Numbered from the stretch's first letter, positions 40,978-54,900 are shown. The stretch: DNA of 64,000 nucleotides from Chlorokybus atmophyticus (GCA_009103225.1 RHPI01002069.1:1594744-1658743), one strand, 5' to 3'. Notes: generated by a model not told the origin, from the letters alone. Program-made: numbers and translations.

Positions 40978-43565
40978 CCCTCGCGCCACTGAGCAGCACT
41001 CTCGCCACCACCGGCAGTGCCATCATCGAGCCTGCTGCCACTGCAGCGACGCGCGCAGCTACATTGTCCGCTCTCGACGTCACTCAAGCTGTCCCGCGAG
41101 GTCAGCAAGCTGAGCGCGCATGGGAGATCATCATGCGTGCAGCAGATCCCACTACCATTGCTTTTGGGCGCAGAGAGCGAACAACTCACGTTGAACGCAG
41201 TGATCACGTCTTCCCACTGCCCGAATGTTACACCCTGCCAGAACAGACTCATCGGCAACTAGAGGATAAAATCCTCGCCGGCACGGTGCCTCCCATGCGA
41301 GAACGTGTCTTTGTGGTCAGAACACCTGTTGTACTAGAGTTGGCACTACATCTTTTCTGGACTCTCCATAACAACATGCAGACTGCGCCACGCCAGCCCG
41401 CATGAGTCCGTCATCAACCCTTTGAGCCAAGCCCGCTGGACACGTATTGAGACCGGCAACCCATTGTGCAGCAGCATATAGCTGATACGGCCGACATGCC
41501 TATTGGTGACAACGAAGCACTGAGGCCCCTCAGTACCATTCGGCTTCATGAGCGCTACACTGCGCTGGAACAGGCGTTCACCTGCCATCAGGACCAAGCG
41601 GCAGCATTCGATGCAAAAGCGCACGCCTTTGCCAATGCTTGCGCTGGCGTTCTTCAACCCACGGTCGCTGGCCCATCGTCCAGCACGACACCCCTCGTTG
41701 GTGGGCCCGATGTTTACCAGACGAGGGCGCTGGCCCAACAAACCAGGGGGGTGATTGCCCCGCTGCTACCCGCCTTGGTGGAAGACTTGCCTGACGATCA
41801 ACGGGATCCAGGGAGAGGTTACCTCACACCGCAAGGATGGACACAACGAGATGGAGCAAGTTCAATCGGAGAACAGCAACTTCGCACTACCCTGTTACGA
41901 CAAGCAACCATGCTGCACCGACAAGAAGACATCGGCCTGTGACGGATGCTGGGGATGCGAGAAGGTGGTAATGAAGCTTGAGCAAGACTGGTGACTTGGC
42001 TAGTCACAAATCACCCCGCAGTCCCCCTGTTCGCATTCGGCACCAGATTGTTCTGGTTGGACGCCTTCCTGCGCTTGCTATGGCAAGCCTTTGACGAATT
42101 TGCCTCGGCAGCCATTAACAGCTTAAAAGGAGCTGAAGAGGCCATACTAAGGTTGCTTGGGGTAAAAGCAGCGCGGCAACGCAGACGCATCGCAGCTGCT
42201 TATGAGCAGCATGTCCAATAGCCAGAGATTTACCTCGCTGTGCGGGCACGAGCAACAATGGTGCTAGAAGCGGGGGTGGTCAATGGCAGATGGGATGCCT
42301 ACATGGCAGGGATCTTAAGGGGTTCCACCATCACCCACGACATAAGAGCGCGCCTTCCAAGCGCAGTGTATCTCCAGCCCATGCCTTAGAATCACCGCTG
42401 GAGTGACGTGGTCAACGATTCAACAGCCACATGGGAAGGTACACTGGTCAGGAGGCAGCTCATGCTGTACGCTGGACTTATGTGGATGATCAGGCTGCGC
42501 GGGAGGCGGGCCCACAAACACCCGGTTCTTCAGGGTTTCCTCAACAGCCACTGGCAAGGCCGCCAGGTATGACCCCGGCCCCACAGAGGCGCAATCCCCC
42601 TGCGCCACAACCAGGGTAATTACAGGCAGCACTGCCAGCACCTAGGCCGCAGCGCGTATAACACCAGCAAAGACAAGGACGGTTCGGGCCAGGCCGCGGT
42701 CAAGGAGGTCCTCAAGACTCAGCTGGTGGAGGGACGCTTGCCGCACTGCGCTCGACACCACCGGAGGAGACTGCAGCAGCAGTCACCCCACGCACACGCT
42801 ACCGACGATTCAAGCGGCTGCGCATCCACGCCAATGCAGCCATGATCGTCAACCAAGACAAGCATGTCACTATCAATGGGCGAGCACCAAAGCGTGTAAT
42901 GCTGGACTTTGGAGCCCAGCCTGTCATCATCGGACGTTACCTCGCACGCGGCCTTCGCATCACCAGCGCTGAGATGACGCCGTGCCAATACGTGCTTGAC
43001 ACAGCAACCGATAGCCGTGACAAGGTGATTGGCATCACCAAGCAAGCCCTCTGCACTTGTTTGACAGGAGCGGACCCTTCCCACAACACCGAGGTCATAC
43101 GTGTGTGGTCACCGACGCAGGATCCTTCGACCAATTGCTGGGACAGGACTTCAACTTCCATGTTGGCATGGGCTTGGACTACAGGACAGAAAAGGCATGG
43201 TTTTGTCCTCATTGAGATGGAGAGGATGGAGAGATTCAAGGATATCTGCCTCTTGAGCTGGTGGCTCTCGCTCTCACCGAAGGTCAGCTGCAACAGCCAC
43301 CTACAGGTCGTTGTCGACAACCATTGATATGTCAGCTGCAACAGCCACCCACAGGTACGACGAGTCTCTGAAAGATGCCAGCGAAGAAGTGGCCCACCAA
43401 ACCAGCGGAACGCCCCTGGCGCGCACAGGTGGTCGCACATCTACTTTGACCAGTCCATGGCTCACTTCACGATTCCCTCTCTACAAGGACCAAGCTGCGG
43501 TCCAGGAGCAACACCAGGTGGCCACTGAAGTAGTGGAGTTTCACGTATTCCGTCGACAACAAGGC

Positions 43566-44490
43566 ATCACCGTGTTGGAACTAGTTGGAGGAATAGGTAG
43601 TGGCCTCGCCGCTGTCCTCAACACCGGCGCGACGGTTACCAAGTACTTTTACTGTGACCCTGATCCACACGGACAGATTGCCCTAAGCCACCACCTGCAC
43701 CACCTGCAAAAATGCTACCCGCAACGATTGCCGTTGTCGGCACTGCAAAGGTGTCGGAAGGCACTGCCACAGAACATCCGTTGAATCATTGCGGATCACC
43801 TCCTGGCGGTGGGCAACATAGACCTGCTAATAGCCAGCGCTGAGCGGGATGGGAGTGTCAAGGACACTTCAGAGCAGGCAGAGGCCAAGGACTCGCTGAT
43901 CCTCACTCGCGACTGTTCTGAGAACCGATGCGTATGATCAAAATCCTGTAGAGCAACCAGCTGTCCAGGCCTCCAGGATACATTATCGAAAATGTGCATT
44001 CCAAGGACGATAAGCGCCATCACGTGGCCAACAGCTTTCGACACCCTCTCAAAATCAACGCAGCGCGTCGTGGCTCCCGTGCTCATCGCGTCCGCGCCAA
44101 GTGGACCAACCTGGCTACAGTTAAGGATCTCTTTGCCGCTGAATATCTGCACAACAGTCGTCCGCGCGATTTCACCGTCGACGCTATCCTAGACCCTGGG
44201 CGCACAGCACAACCAGTCTCACGGCACGATCACCAGCACTTCTACCTACCAGTGCAACCGGCCTGTCAACCACGTCGTGCGCTCCCCACGCTGGTGTCTT
44301 ACCCAAAATCATACGCCATCCGCAACCATGGCGAAGGCATGGTGTTGGATTCCAACACACGCCAACCGGAGGAACCCAATGCACGTGAGCGCGAACGCGC
44401 CATGGGATTCACTCCAGGCAGTATCACAGGTTTCACGCTGACTGACAGTCAGCAATGTCAGCTGTTGGTAGCGCCATGGACTAGAACAGC
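43566..44490 (+). pseudogene. Retrotransposon-encoded C5-cytosine DNA methyltransferase domain (disrupted)
   Basis: Motif I VLELVGGIG, IDLLIA, motif IV GWECQ (43847-43861), motif VI ENV (43988-43996), motif VIII GSRAHRVRAKWTNL, and motif IX/X ERERAMGF...LGSAMD. Confidence 0.85.
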
Positions 44491-47400
44491 ATGGTATGGT
44501 TTTTAAAAATATACTTTGCTCTCCAGGACCGCCATGTGTCCTTCCAAAAGCTCGAACACCTGGCGGGGGGGTGGGCCGATCGCGTGCAAAAGATCAAAGC
44601 GGCACACACCGCCCTAAAAATCGCCCATATGGAGGAGCAGGCAGCAGTCACGGTGGAGGACATCTCAGTAGTCGCCAATGCTACCTCTTGACCCCATGCC
44701 ATTGGACCACTAGCTACAGGCCAAACGTGAGAACAACTTGAGGCTCTTTTCAACAAGTGGAGGAATCAGTTCAGCTTCAGCGTGAAGGAACTAGGCGTTT
44801 GCTCAGTTAACCAGATAGACATCGAGTTAGTGGACACCAAACCGGTGTTTCGACGGCAGTATTGACTCTCCAAGTTGGAAGAAGACTTGGTGGAGCAGAG
44901 GTGCAAGGCTTTGCTAGATGCAGGCCTAATAGAGGAGTCCACATCGGACTTTGCGGCCGCGACCGTCATGCCCCTGAAGAAGGATTCAGTAGGCTGCACA
45001 GACCGGCGTATGTGCGGCGACTATCGCCCCCTCAATAACAAAACCAAATAGGACAGGGATCCAATGCCTACTGCAAAGGGTATCTTTTATGATGTAGGAG
45101 ACTATACTGTTGTCAGCATCCTGGACATGCGATAAGGGTACAACTTGATCGCCATCAAGGAGGAGGACAAACACAAGACCTCTTTCTGGGGCAACCTGCA
45201 GCTGTACCAATGGAAGGTCATGCCCTTCGGACTGAAGAATGCTCCTGCCAAGTTCGAGCGCGTCATGAACAAAGCCTTGAAGGGGCTGGACTTCGCGCGA
45301 TGCTACATTGACGACATTCTCATCTTCAGCCGCAGCAACGAAGAGCACCTGCAGCACATCGAGGAAGTGCTGGAGAGACTCAAAGGGGTGGGGATGACGG
45401 TGTACCCCGACAAGTGCACCTTTTTCACTCGCAAGGTACCCTACCTTGGGCACATAATTGTGCCCCACGGTGTGTACGTACAGCAGGCAAAGGTGGAGGC
45501 CTTGGCGGCTATCCATGCACCAACAGACCTTACGCGCCTGCGCGCCATTCTGGGCCTTGCCAACTACGATCGCCGGTTCGTGAAGGACTTTGCAAAGATC
45601 GCGCGACCCCTCAACGAGCTTCTGAAAAAAGAAATGGAGTTTGCGTGGAAGGAGCCACAACAGCAGGTGTTTGAGGAGCTAAAGGGCAGGCTCACCACTG
45701 CTCCCATCCTGCGACGCCCTAACTACAACAAGCTCTTCATCCTCACACCGACTGGAGCAAGCTTGGGGTGGGGACTGTGCTGGTGCAGCACGGCGAGAAC
45801 AAGAAGAAGCGGGTGGTGTCGTACGCCAGGCGAAGCAACAACAGCGCTGAGGCCAACTACAGCTGCTACGAGGGGGAGTGTCTCGCTGCAGTGTGGGCTA
45901 TCTGCTTCTTCAGACCTTTCCTCCTTGGTCGGCAGTCCCACTTGATCACCAATTATTAGCCACTCAAGTGGTTGATGACCAACCAACATTTGACAGGGAA
46001 ACTTGCTCGCTGGGCCCTGCTGTTTTAGGAGTATGACTTCGAGATCGGTCACCGCGCGGACCTTACCAACGAAGACGCTGATGGCCTCAGTCGCAACCCT
46101 CACCTCAGTACCAACAATGCAACCGGAGCTCAGCACGAGCTCGGCCCTGCAGCAGCAGCTCCCACCGTGGCGGCCATGTTTGCTGCTGCCGCGTTACGCT
46201 CAGGGCGCCAGATCAACATCACCGCCACCTCTACGGCAGAGGAGATTCCTGCCCTTGAGTCTACTGGCCCTTCAGTGACCACACCTCTAGGAAACGTCCA
46301 CGCGGTCGACAATGAAGTCGACGACACCGAGCTGGCACCCACTGACACCAGGCAAGACATATGACTGGACAAGCCATCACTCTCTTTCTTTCAAAATGGC
46401 CAGCTTCCCCCCAACATGAGTGCACGAGAGCAAGATCGTGTCAGTCAACGCACCCGCCACTATTGGTGGGCGGATGACAAGGTGTACCGCCGCGTGACGA
46501 GGACAAGAAGGTGCGGACACCAGCCACACGCGAGCGCATCATTGCTGCCCTCCACACTGAGCTTGGGCATTTCGGTGTCAAGCGTACCGTCAGCCTGGTA
46601 AGGGCACAATATTGGTGGTATGGGCTGTCCAAACAGATGCAGGGGTTCATCAGTTATTGCCAACAGTGTGACATAGTTAGCGCCAGCCTCAATACATGCA
46701 GTGCCACCTTGCACCCTCTCCCCATTCCCGGTCTTTTCTAATGCTGGGGACTTGACATCTTGAGAGACTTAGCACCCTCGGCACGGGGCAACTGCTACAT
46801 CCTGGTCATGATCAAGCACTTCTCCAAATGGGTGGAGCTGGTGCCATTACCCGACAAGAGCAGCAGCGGGGTGTCTCAAGCCTTCCTCTCCCATGTCCTC
46901 AGCCGGTTCGGCAGCTGCGCTGAGGTCATCACCGATCAAGGCACTGAGTTCAGAGGGGAGTTCGACACCCTGTTGGACAGATGCTACATCGATCATCGCC
47001 GCACTTCGCGTGACCACCCCCAAGCCGACGGTCTCGCCGAGCGGACAGTAAAACTATGAAGAAGGCACTCCGCAAGTACGTGCTGGAGTATGAGAACACA
47101 TGGGACGACCACCTTCCGTGGGTGGCTCTTGGATACCGATTGTCAAAGCAGGCGGCTCTGCGCGAGTAAAGCCCATACTACCTGCTGTTCGGGCGTCCGC
47201 CATTGCTTTTCTTTCGTGCACAGCAGGAAGTAGAATGTGTGGTGAACAACCTCGACGATCGCAATTGAATGCACTACGACATTACCACACGCACCACGTT
47301 GTTCAAGCACACTGTCCCGATGGCCTTCAACAACCTGCGCATCGCACAGCACCGCGACACCCTGCGCTACGAGCGCGTGCGGAGCGGCTTCTACAAGGAG

Positions 47401-48524
47401 CCTCAATGGCGGTTTCAAGCATGGGACTTTGCCTACTGTATGGCAGCCATCAAAAACACGCTCGACATGGGCCGCATCGTCTACAAGGTACTCAAGGTGT
47501 ACCCCACACGAGTGCTGAACCTCCTCGGTCAAAACGGCGAGAGGTTGAAAGACAACATGGTGAACTGCGCGCCATGTTACCTTCCTTACATAGCGGGCTT
47601 TGCGCGCATCCAGCACCCTCGCCCCGCCCGCAACACACGCTGTGAACGCTGTGGCAGCGCCGGCGACAACGCACTTATGATGCTCTGCGATGGCTGCAAC
47701 AAGGGCCTGCATTGCTACTGTCTGGAGCCCCCATTGGACGCAATACCCATGTAGGAGTACTGGTACGACGATTGCCGCACCAATGGTCCTCCTCACCTGC
47801 GTCAACAACTTAGCTCTGGAGCTGGAACCTCCCCAAAAACTCAGGGGGGGGTGGGTTGTTGACTGTGTGTTCTACAGCACAGCATGTACACTAAGGACAC
47901 CAGCTCCACATGTCCGTGTGATTCAGCGACAGCGGAGCAGCTCCACCAAGCACTCCTCGCCATCCGAGCTAAGTTGTCTTTTACTTTTGCCACAGGTTAC
48001 AACATGTTGCAGCAACAGGGCTAGCAAGCATGTCTTTCGCTGCAGCGGCCCGACACGGTGTGACCCTTGATTCTCCTCGACCCGACAGCTGTCATGCCTA
48101 TTGCCCGTGTTGAAGGTATTACATGGGTGCTGCTTGTATCCGGTCAGCTTGCCCTCCACACAAGAGTCGAGAGTCGAAGGTATGGGCTGAGCATGTGGAC
48201 TCCGGACTTAGCAAGATGGTCGAGCCAGGACAGACTGTGGACCAGATGCTGAGTAGAGCGTTGGGAGAAACCGCGTAGCTTTGTGGATACGTAAGCTTAG
48301 CAGGCGTGGCTTAGCTTGTTGGAAAGCTCTGGTCGTGAGCCAAACAGCGCAACTTAGAGCGCGTTGAAAGGCTGAGTATTGTGCACGCGGTGCTTGCAAA
48401 TGTAGACGTTTGTAGAAACTGGCGGGGTATAAAACCCCTGGACTTGTATGGCATTAATGGCAGTAGCAGTCATGCTCTTGTGTTGATGTTGTTGGCGTGT
48501 AACTTGCATGTGTGTATGTCAACA

Positions 48525-49069
48525 GCCCGCGCATACCAGCCGTCATCGAACATGCCTACATCGAACTCATCATCCAGCCTACCAGCCTACCAACGCGCGC
48601 GCGTCACTAACGAGTAGCTAGGTCATGACTCCAAAGTAGCTCACGACCATAGCCTACACAGGCACCGCGCGTAGTTGTTCAGTTGTGACTTCAGTTATAA
48701 GTTGTGTTCTACATCGAGTGGTGATTGCGTGGAAATAGCCACGATATGACCGTTAGCTTATGTTCTGAACAGTCATAATTTGACTTGTATAAGTAGTCAC
48801 AGTGTTCACCAAATCAGCTAGTGACACTGAAAGTGAGAAAGCTAACAGCTTGTGAAACAACTTGAACTGCGAACACGCCATCCCGGTTACCAAGAACCCC
48901 CTCATTGTGTGAGAGCCTGTGCATGCTCGTGTGCATTGTGCTTGTCATTGCTGTGAGCTTGGTGTGCCTGGTTGCAGTGTGTTTGTTGGCATCGGTAAGA
49001 GCATAGTATCCACGTGTTGCTTGCTCATTCACCTCACTTAACAATGCAACACATTTTCCGCTCACGCAG
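48525..49069. repeat. ~535 bp direct repeat, copy 2
   Basis: Matches 37634-38170. Confidence 0.9.
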
Positions 49070-51979
49070 AGAGCCCGACACAGTGTGACCCTCGATTCTC
49101 CTTGACCCGACATCCTTGCAACGCTTCCGAGTTTTCAGCGTCAATAAGGTGAGAGCCTTGAACGCCATCCTCTGGCCTGAATAAGGGCCGGGTTTGTCAT
49201 AAGTGGCCATAAGAGCGGCCGCTGCTGAATCTGTGTGCATGAGTCGCAGTACATTATGCGTCAACTCGTGCTCGATCATGCGAATCACCATCTCCTTGCT
49301 TGCGCGCGGGAGTGCCGCGAAGTCCGTCTCATATGCGTCACGGACTTGCTGCGCCCATTCATCCCACACTTCCTTGCGAAGCTGGGGGTGTGTAGCAAGA
49401 AGAGCCTCATGCTGATGCGTACTTTGCTATGGCCGCCCCGATAATGCTCTGAGCGTCCATGGGTTGTTCGTCATGAGAGGATTTCTTTTAAGAAGCTTCA
49501 CCACTCCTAGACTTGGCTTCTTCCTCCTCACTGACATTATAACTACCACTCATTTTCGAGTGCTTCACTTCCTCATCACTTGATGGCTGATATGATGAAT
49601 CCTCAGGAACGGGATGCATCCTGCCTTCCTCTTCTTGGTAAGACATCTGCCTAAGGAGACAAGCCATCAAAAAGTTTCCAAGTGCACGAGTGCACAAGTG
49701 CATACGAGTTGTGCACTCTGAAAGTGGCAAAACTTGTCGTGTTTCTTTTCGCATTGATTGCAAGGTTTTTAACTTGGGTAGAACAGCCCGTGAAGGGACT
49801 ACCCAACACCTCTCAACAAGACGCTTGCTTGCAAACAAACCGCACGCGATTTCATGCGACGGTTTGCAAGCTACAACAACTCAAAGTTTCCACTTTGTAC
49901 AACTCCACTAATTCACAATTGCAATTGACACTAGTATTGCCAAGTGTGAATGGAGTTTGCTTGGCCGAACAGAACAAGTCTGTTGGCCCCACCGCACTGA
50001 CCGGCGGTCACGATAGCCGATGTTGCCACCGGACTGCCCTCAAGGGGTAGAGCACGCGTGCGAATGCGTGCGCGCACAAAACCCTTCACACCCCAGCGAA
50101 TCCACGCGGTGGCTATCCCACAAGCACACACGTATTAATAGTAATGTAAGTTACTAAGTGATGTGCTGGGATGCAATGCTTGCGGTGAGGCTGCCTGAGT
50201 GGCCGCCTCCCCCTTACACCAACAAGCTAAGCTAGGCCAGGCAAGATAGGCTAGGCTAAGCAAGGAAGGCAAGGCTAGGCTACACCAACAGTAGCAACCA
50301 TACAACTATACAACCACAACAACTAGCTAACAACCACCACTAGACCCTAGTGGGTAGCGGCTGCTATCTGCCGCCGCTGCCGCCGCTGTTAGGCCACCAG
50401 CTTGAGCAGTGCCTACGGCCGCCTCTGCGCCCCGCCGCCGCCAAAGCCGCCGCCGCCGCCCCCCCAGGCCCCCACGCCCTCGCTCCAATACCAAATGTAA
50501 GAAGGGGGGTGCTACCGCCCCCTTTAATCCCCTACCCCAACACCACCACCAGCCACGCCGCCGGCCCACACCGCCGCCGCCGCTGCCGGGCAGCTGCCAG
50601 AGCAAAGGATACTCTAGCTATGGCGGCCGTTGCGTTATCAGCACCGCCATGCGGCCGATATCGATGTGAGACTCATGTCTCACATCGATATCAGTGATAG
50701 CGATAAGCTAACACTACATCAAGGCCATAAAGGCCCTAATACGGCTCAATTGGCTGTTTATTACCCGTTGGAACCCTTATTTTTACCTAAATAAGGGCGG
50801 GGAAGCGCATAGCGCTAGCACTCCGTTACAGAAAGGGGCCAAGGCTACGCTAAGCACCCCATCCAGCAGGAAATACGACATGGCTAGGCCCTACAACTAA
50901 GACCCCAAGGTTTCAACCAGCAGCAGGAGTGCAGGCAGCATGGATACAGGAACCCGTGAATTAAGCAAGCTACTGGATGGTTTGTTTTCCACAATCAATT
51001 ACATTATATATACATACATTAATAATGTAATAACACAATCATATACAGTTGTCGAAACTGAAATGTTATAAGGATATTAAATGCAATCAAACCACAAGAC
51101 GCTTTCATTTTCGGATTACATTGTATGTTATACCTAAAAATTTCTCATCAAGCAACTTTAGATGTGATAGCTACAATATTAGTCGGATCCTTGATGCATG
51201 AGTCTATGCAAAATAATCAGTACATCATAGTTTTTAAGAATGTGTGAACAATAATCGTATAACACTTGTATTCAATTAATTAACTCAAGCGTGCACAAGG
51301 AATAGTGGCACATACCTCACCACGTGTAACACATGTGAGTATCAGTCAGTGTTAGTGGTAACAAAAACGATTACCGGTGTTTGTACCGTACTTGTATTTC
51401 TCCCACTGCAGCCATGCATAGCCGCAGCCATTGACCCATGCATTACGCATACAGGATGTGTAATGCAGGACAAGCCCATGGCCCCTATAGACCAGGGCGA
51501 CACGACCAGATTCAGATACGCAATGTGTGCATGGTGTCCACGCGGACAGCCACCGACTCATCAATTGCAAGTGAACAATGTCAAATCCCTCGCACCGGCC
51601 TTTGACCGAATTACAATGAGCCCAGCAGCCCCGGCAATGTCCGGTGCACAGTCGCGCATGCCACGCGACATAGCGTGCGCCGCTCGCCCTGCTTTCGTGT
51701 GGCCATGCGTCGTCCGACCGGTTGAAGTCACTTGCCGACGTGGTTGCGGTCGCGACGGTCCGTTTCATCGATCCGACGGCTTGGCGGTAGAAAAGGTGGA
51801 GATATCGCCGATCTCTGCCATATCACCGCCCGGATGAAGCGTCACTCCGTGAAGTTGCGTGACTGCGTTACGGACTACTACTACGGTGTGCTGAGCGCTG
51901 CGGCTTTTGTGGTCTGCTGTGGCCTGCTGTGTGCTGGTATCACTGGCGTGGTTGAAGTGGGTTGGCGCAGTGGTGCGCT

Positions 51980-54900
51980 ATGGGGCGGCTGTTGGCGCTG
52001 TCATGCGTGCTGCCGTCAGGGACTGGGCTGCGGCTTCAGGGCAGAAGGGTGGTCGGGCAGCCTGCCAGGAAGAATGCTGGAGCGAACAGCGTGCCCGCCG
52101 CCGTCAGATGCGCCGTGGCCGTGGAGCGAGACGCCGTCAAGGTGCTGGAGCAGCGCCTCAGCACGGATGTCACCTCCGCTGCTCAGCCTGCTGATGTCGC
52201 TTCAACGTCTGCCTCTCAACCTCGGCAGCAACGTCGCCGACGACAGCAGCGACAGCAGCTACAGCAACAGCAACAGCAATCGCAAGCCAGCTCTCCGCTG
52301 CCTGCCAGCCTGCGAATTGTTCCCAAGCACCAGCAGGATGTTGTTAATGAAGCAATTGAGGTCAAGGAGGACACTCAGGTTGCCGTCAGCCAGCCGCCGC
52401 CGCCGCCGCAGCAGCAACAGAACAGCAGCAATGACACTGCCAAGGGCGATCCGCTGGGCCGCAAGCGTATAGGCTCTGCTGTCGTGCGCTGGCTCGCTCG
52501 TGGCACACGCCAATGTGCCCGAGCTGTAATTGATAGTGTCAACAATGGTGAACTGGATGCAGACGACGAATTTGATCTCCTCTCCACAGTGCAGCCTTTC
52601 CTCGACAAGTGAGTGGTTGTATTGCTGCAATTGGACCATGCATTCTTGTTTGGATCATGCATTGGGGCATGCTGCTACGCATCGTGCTTGGCTGTGTGTT
52701 GCTTGCAACCTAAAAGCTTGGCAGCTGTCGGTCTCATGCATTCAAACGTCATTTAGTGCTGCTCGTGTGCTGTTGCTATGCCCTGTGGGAAATGCAGGTG
52801 GCCATGTTGTTCATGTTGGCAATTGATGTCTTGGGCACGTCACCCCTACACTCAGTCCTCACACTGTTGCTGTCAAACAGGTGCGAAATGCCTCCAGACA
52901 CAGGCAACTGTCAGCTGGCGCGGTGGCACCTGCCAACCATCTGGGATCACTTTCAACGCGAGACAATGGCATTGCTCAGAGACATGGAGAGCGAGCTGCC
53001 TCTGGTTGATGAAGAAAAGGACAGCAAGGCATCTGATGAGGATGACTCGCTGCCATTGTGGCAGCGGTCATTGGCATGGGCGTTTGTGAAGGATTTACCT
53101 CAGCGCGAGTTCCACAAGCAGGTCGCTCGGGATAGGACTCCCGCGCCTGAGCCACTGATGGCGATCCAGCAGCGGATTGAGGAGTATGTTGACAATGCTT
53201 TGCAGCTCCTCAAGTTTGAAAGGGACTCTGAGGTGGCCGTCACCCAGCAGCTGTTGGGCGAAACGCCTCTGGATGGTCTGCCCCTGGACGTTGATGAGAC
53301 ACTGGACCGCGACCGCAATGACACAATTGACTCCTTGATTGTTGTCAACACAGCCAGCGGCCTGAATAACGCCCAGCTATTGACTCTGCGCCGGCTGCAA
53401 GGTGGTGCCCTGCCGGAGTCCACTGTGCAGCCGGGCGATGTGGTCATGTTGCGTTGTGAGGCTCCTCTGAACGAAGAAGATGATGCCAACGACTTCTGCA
53501 TTGAGCTGCAATGCAACGTCCACAGGCTTGGTGAAAGCGGCAATTCGATCACAGTTTCTGTGGAACAGGCGCTTGGAGATGTGGTTGACCACGTCTTCGG
53601 GCAGGTCCTCAGATTGACAAGGCTGCGTTCGTTGGCAAACGATATAACATATGAGGTAGACAAATTGCAGTGCTTGGAAATTTTATTGTTGCTTTGCAGT
53701 GGCACAACCTACAAAAAAACTGGCACAATGCATGCAAGAGGCGTGTGCATGGGACGCTAACTTGCCTGTATGCCCACGCAGAGGAACTGCAGTGCGCTAG
53801 AGCGGTTGCGCAGAGCTGGTCTGCGGAACTCGCCTGCCAAAGCCGCTGTGAAGACGCTCTTCGGTCAGGATCCGCTTGTGTTACCAAAAGGAGGCGAGAA
53901 GCTGTTCTCCAGCGAGTCCTCAGAAAAGTCGAAGAAGAACTTTTTAGAGAAGTCACAACGTGAAGCGGTGGCTTTTGCATTGGATGCCACTTTGCCAGTC
54001 GCGGTCATTCAGGTATACTGTTGGTATAACCTATCATGCATGTGACGCAGCTTACTTAGCAGCACATGTTCTCAGTTATTGGCAGCCAGTTTTGGTTGGG
54101 TCAAGACTTGTTTGTGTTGGGTTGCGCTGTTTAACGTATTGACTCTGTGCCCATCATGCAGGGTCCGCCTGGTACAGGCAAGACCACAGTGGTGACGGAC
54201 ATTGTAGAGCGCGCTGTGCAGCGAGGAGAGCGTGTGCTTGCATCAGCTGCCAGTAATGCTGCCATTGATAACTTGGTGGACAAGCTGGCAGACAAGGGTC
54301 TGAAGGTGGTGCGCTTAGGTAATCCCACCAGGTTTTCCGCCAATGTTGCAGCCAGGTCGCTCTCGAACCTGCTGGACGGAAAGTTGTATGACTTCCGCAA
54401 AGAATACTATCGCGTGCGCGAGCAGCTGCGCCAGGAGCTGGCGTATACGCGCAACCCTGAGCAGCACCAAGACCTTCGCATGCGATTGAGGTGTGTACGT
54501 GCAACAAGTAGTGCATACTGGAGCGTCGAAGGACTATCACAGTACAGAAGTGCATGCTTCTGGGATATCTAACATAAGTACTGGATCCACCCAAACCACT
54601 GTTGCCTAATAATGTTTCCGTAGGCGTCTGTCACGCCTGGCACAGAAGGAGGAGAAGAATGCCGCCACTTCTCTATTGGCTGAGGCGCAAGTTGTCCTTT
54701 GCACCAACACTGGCGCAGCAGACCCTCTGCTGCAGAAGCAACCCACGTTTGACATGGTGGTGATTGATGAAGCCGGACAGGTGTGCCTTGTGCTTATTGC
54801 AGGACAGTTGTGCGATTCAACGGCTTTACTAACAATGCCCATTTGGACAGTCATTATACAAGCTGCTGATGAGGTAGCCTTTATTGCGTGTTCATCTCTT

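Larger units (their letters stand above)
38630..48524 (+). mobile_element. Nested Ty3/gypsy 'element B': gag (2x CCHC), protease, C5-DNA methyltransferase, RT, RNase H, integrase, PHD finger and 3' LTR 47857-48524; 5' LTR not found
   Basis: CHRCGRHGHYKKEC and CDYCNKTGHLESVC; MLDFGAQ; DNMT motifs; RMCGDYRPLN and YIDDI; HTELGHFG...CQQC; TDQGTEF and HPQADGLAER; G-rich PPT followed by TGTTGAC...GTCAACA. Many stops and frameshifts. Confidence 0.88.

Noticed and set aside
51349-51837. Small gene upstream of the helicase
   Set aside because: Overlapping ORFs on both strands with no recognisable homology or clear splice pattern.
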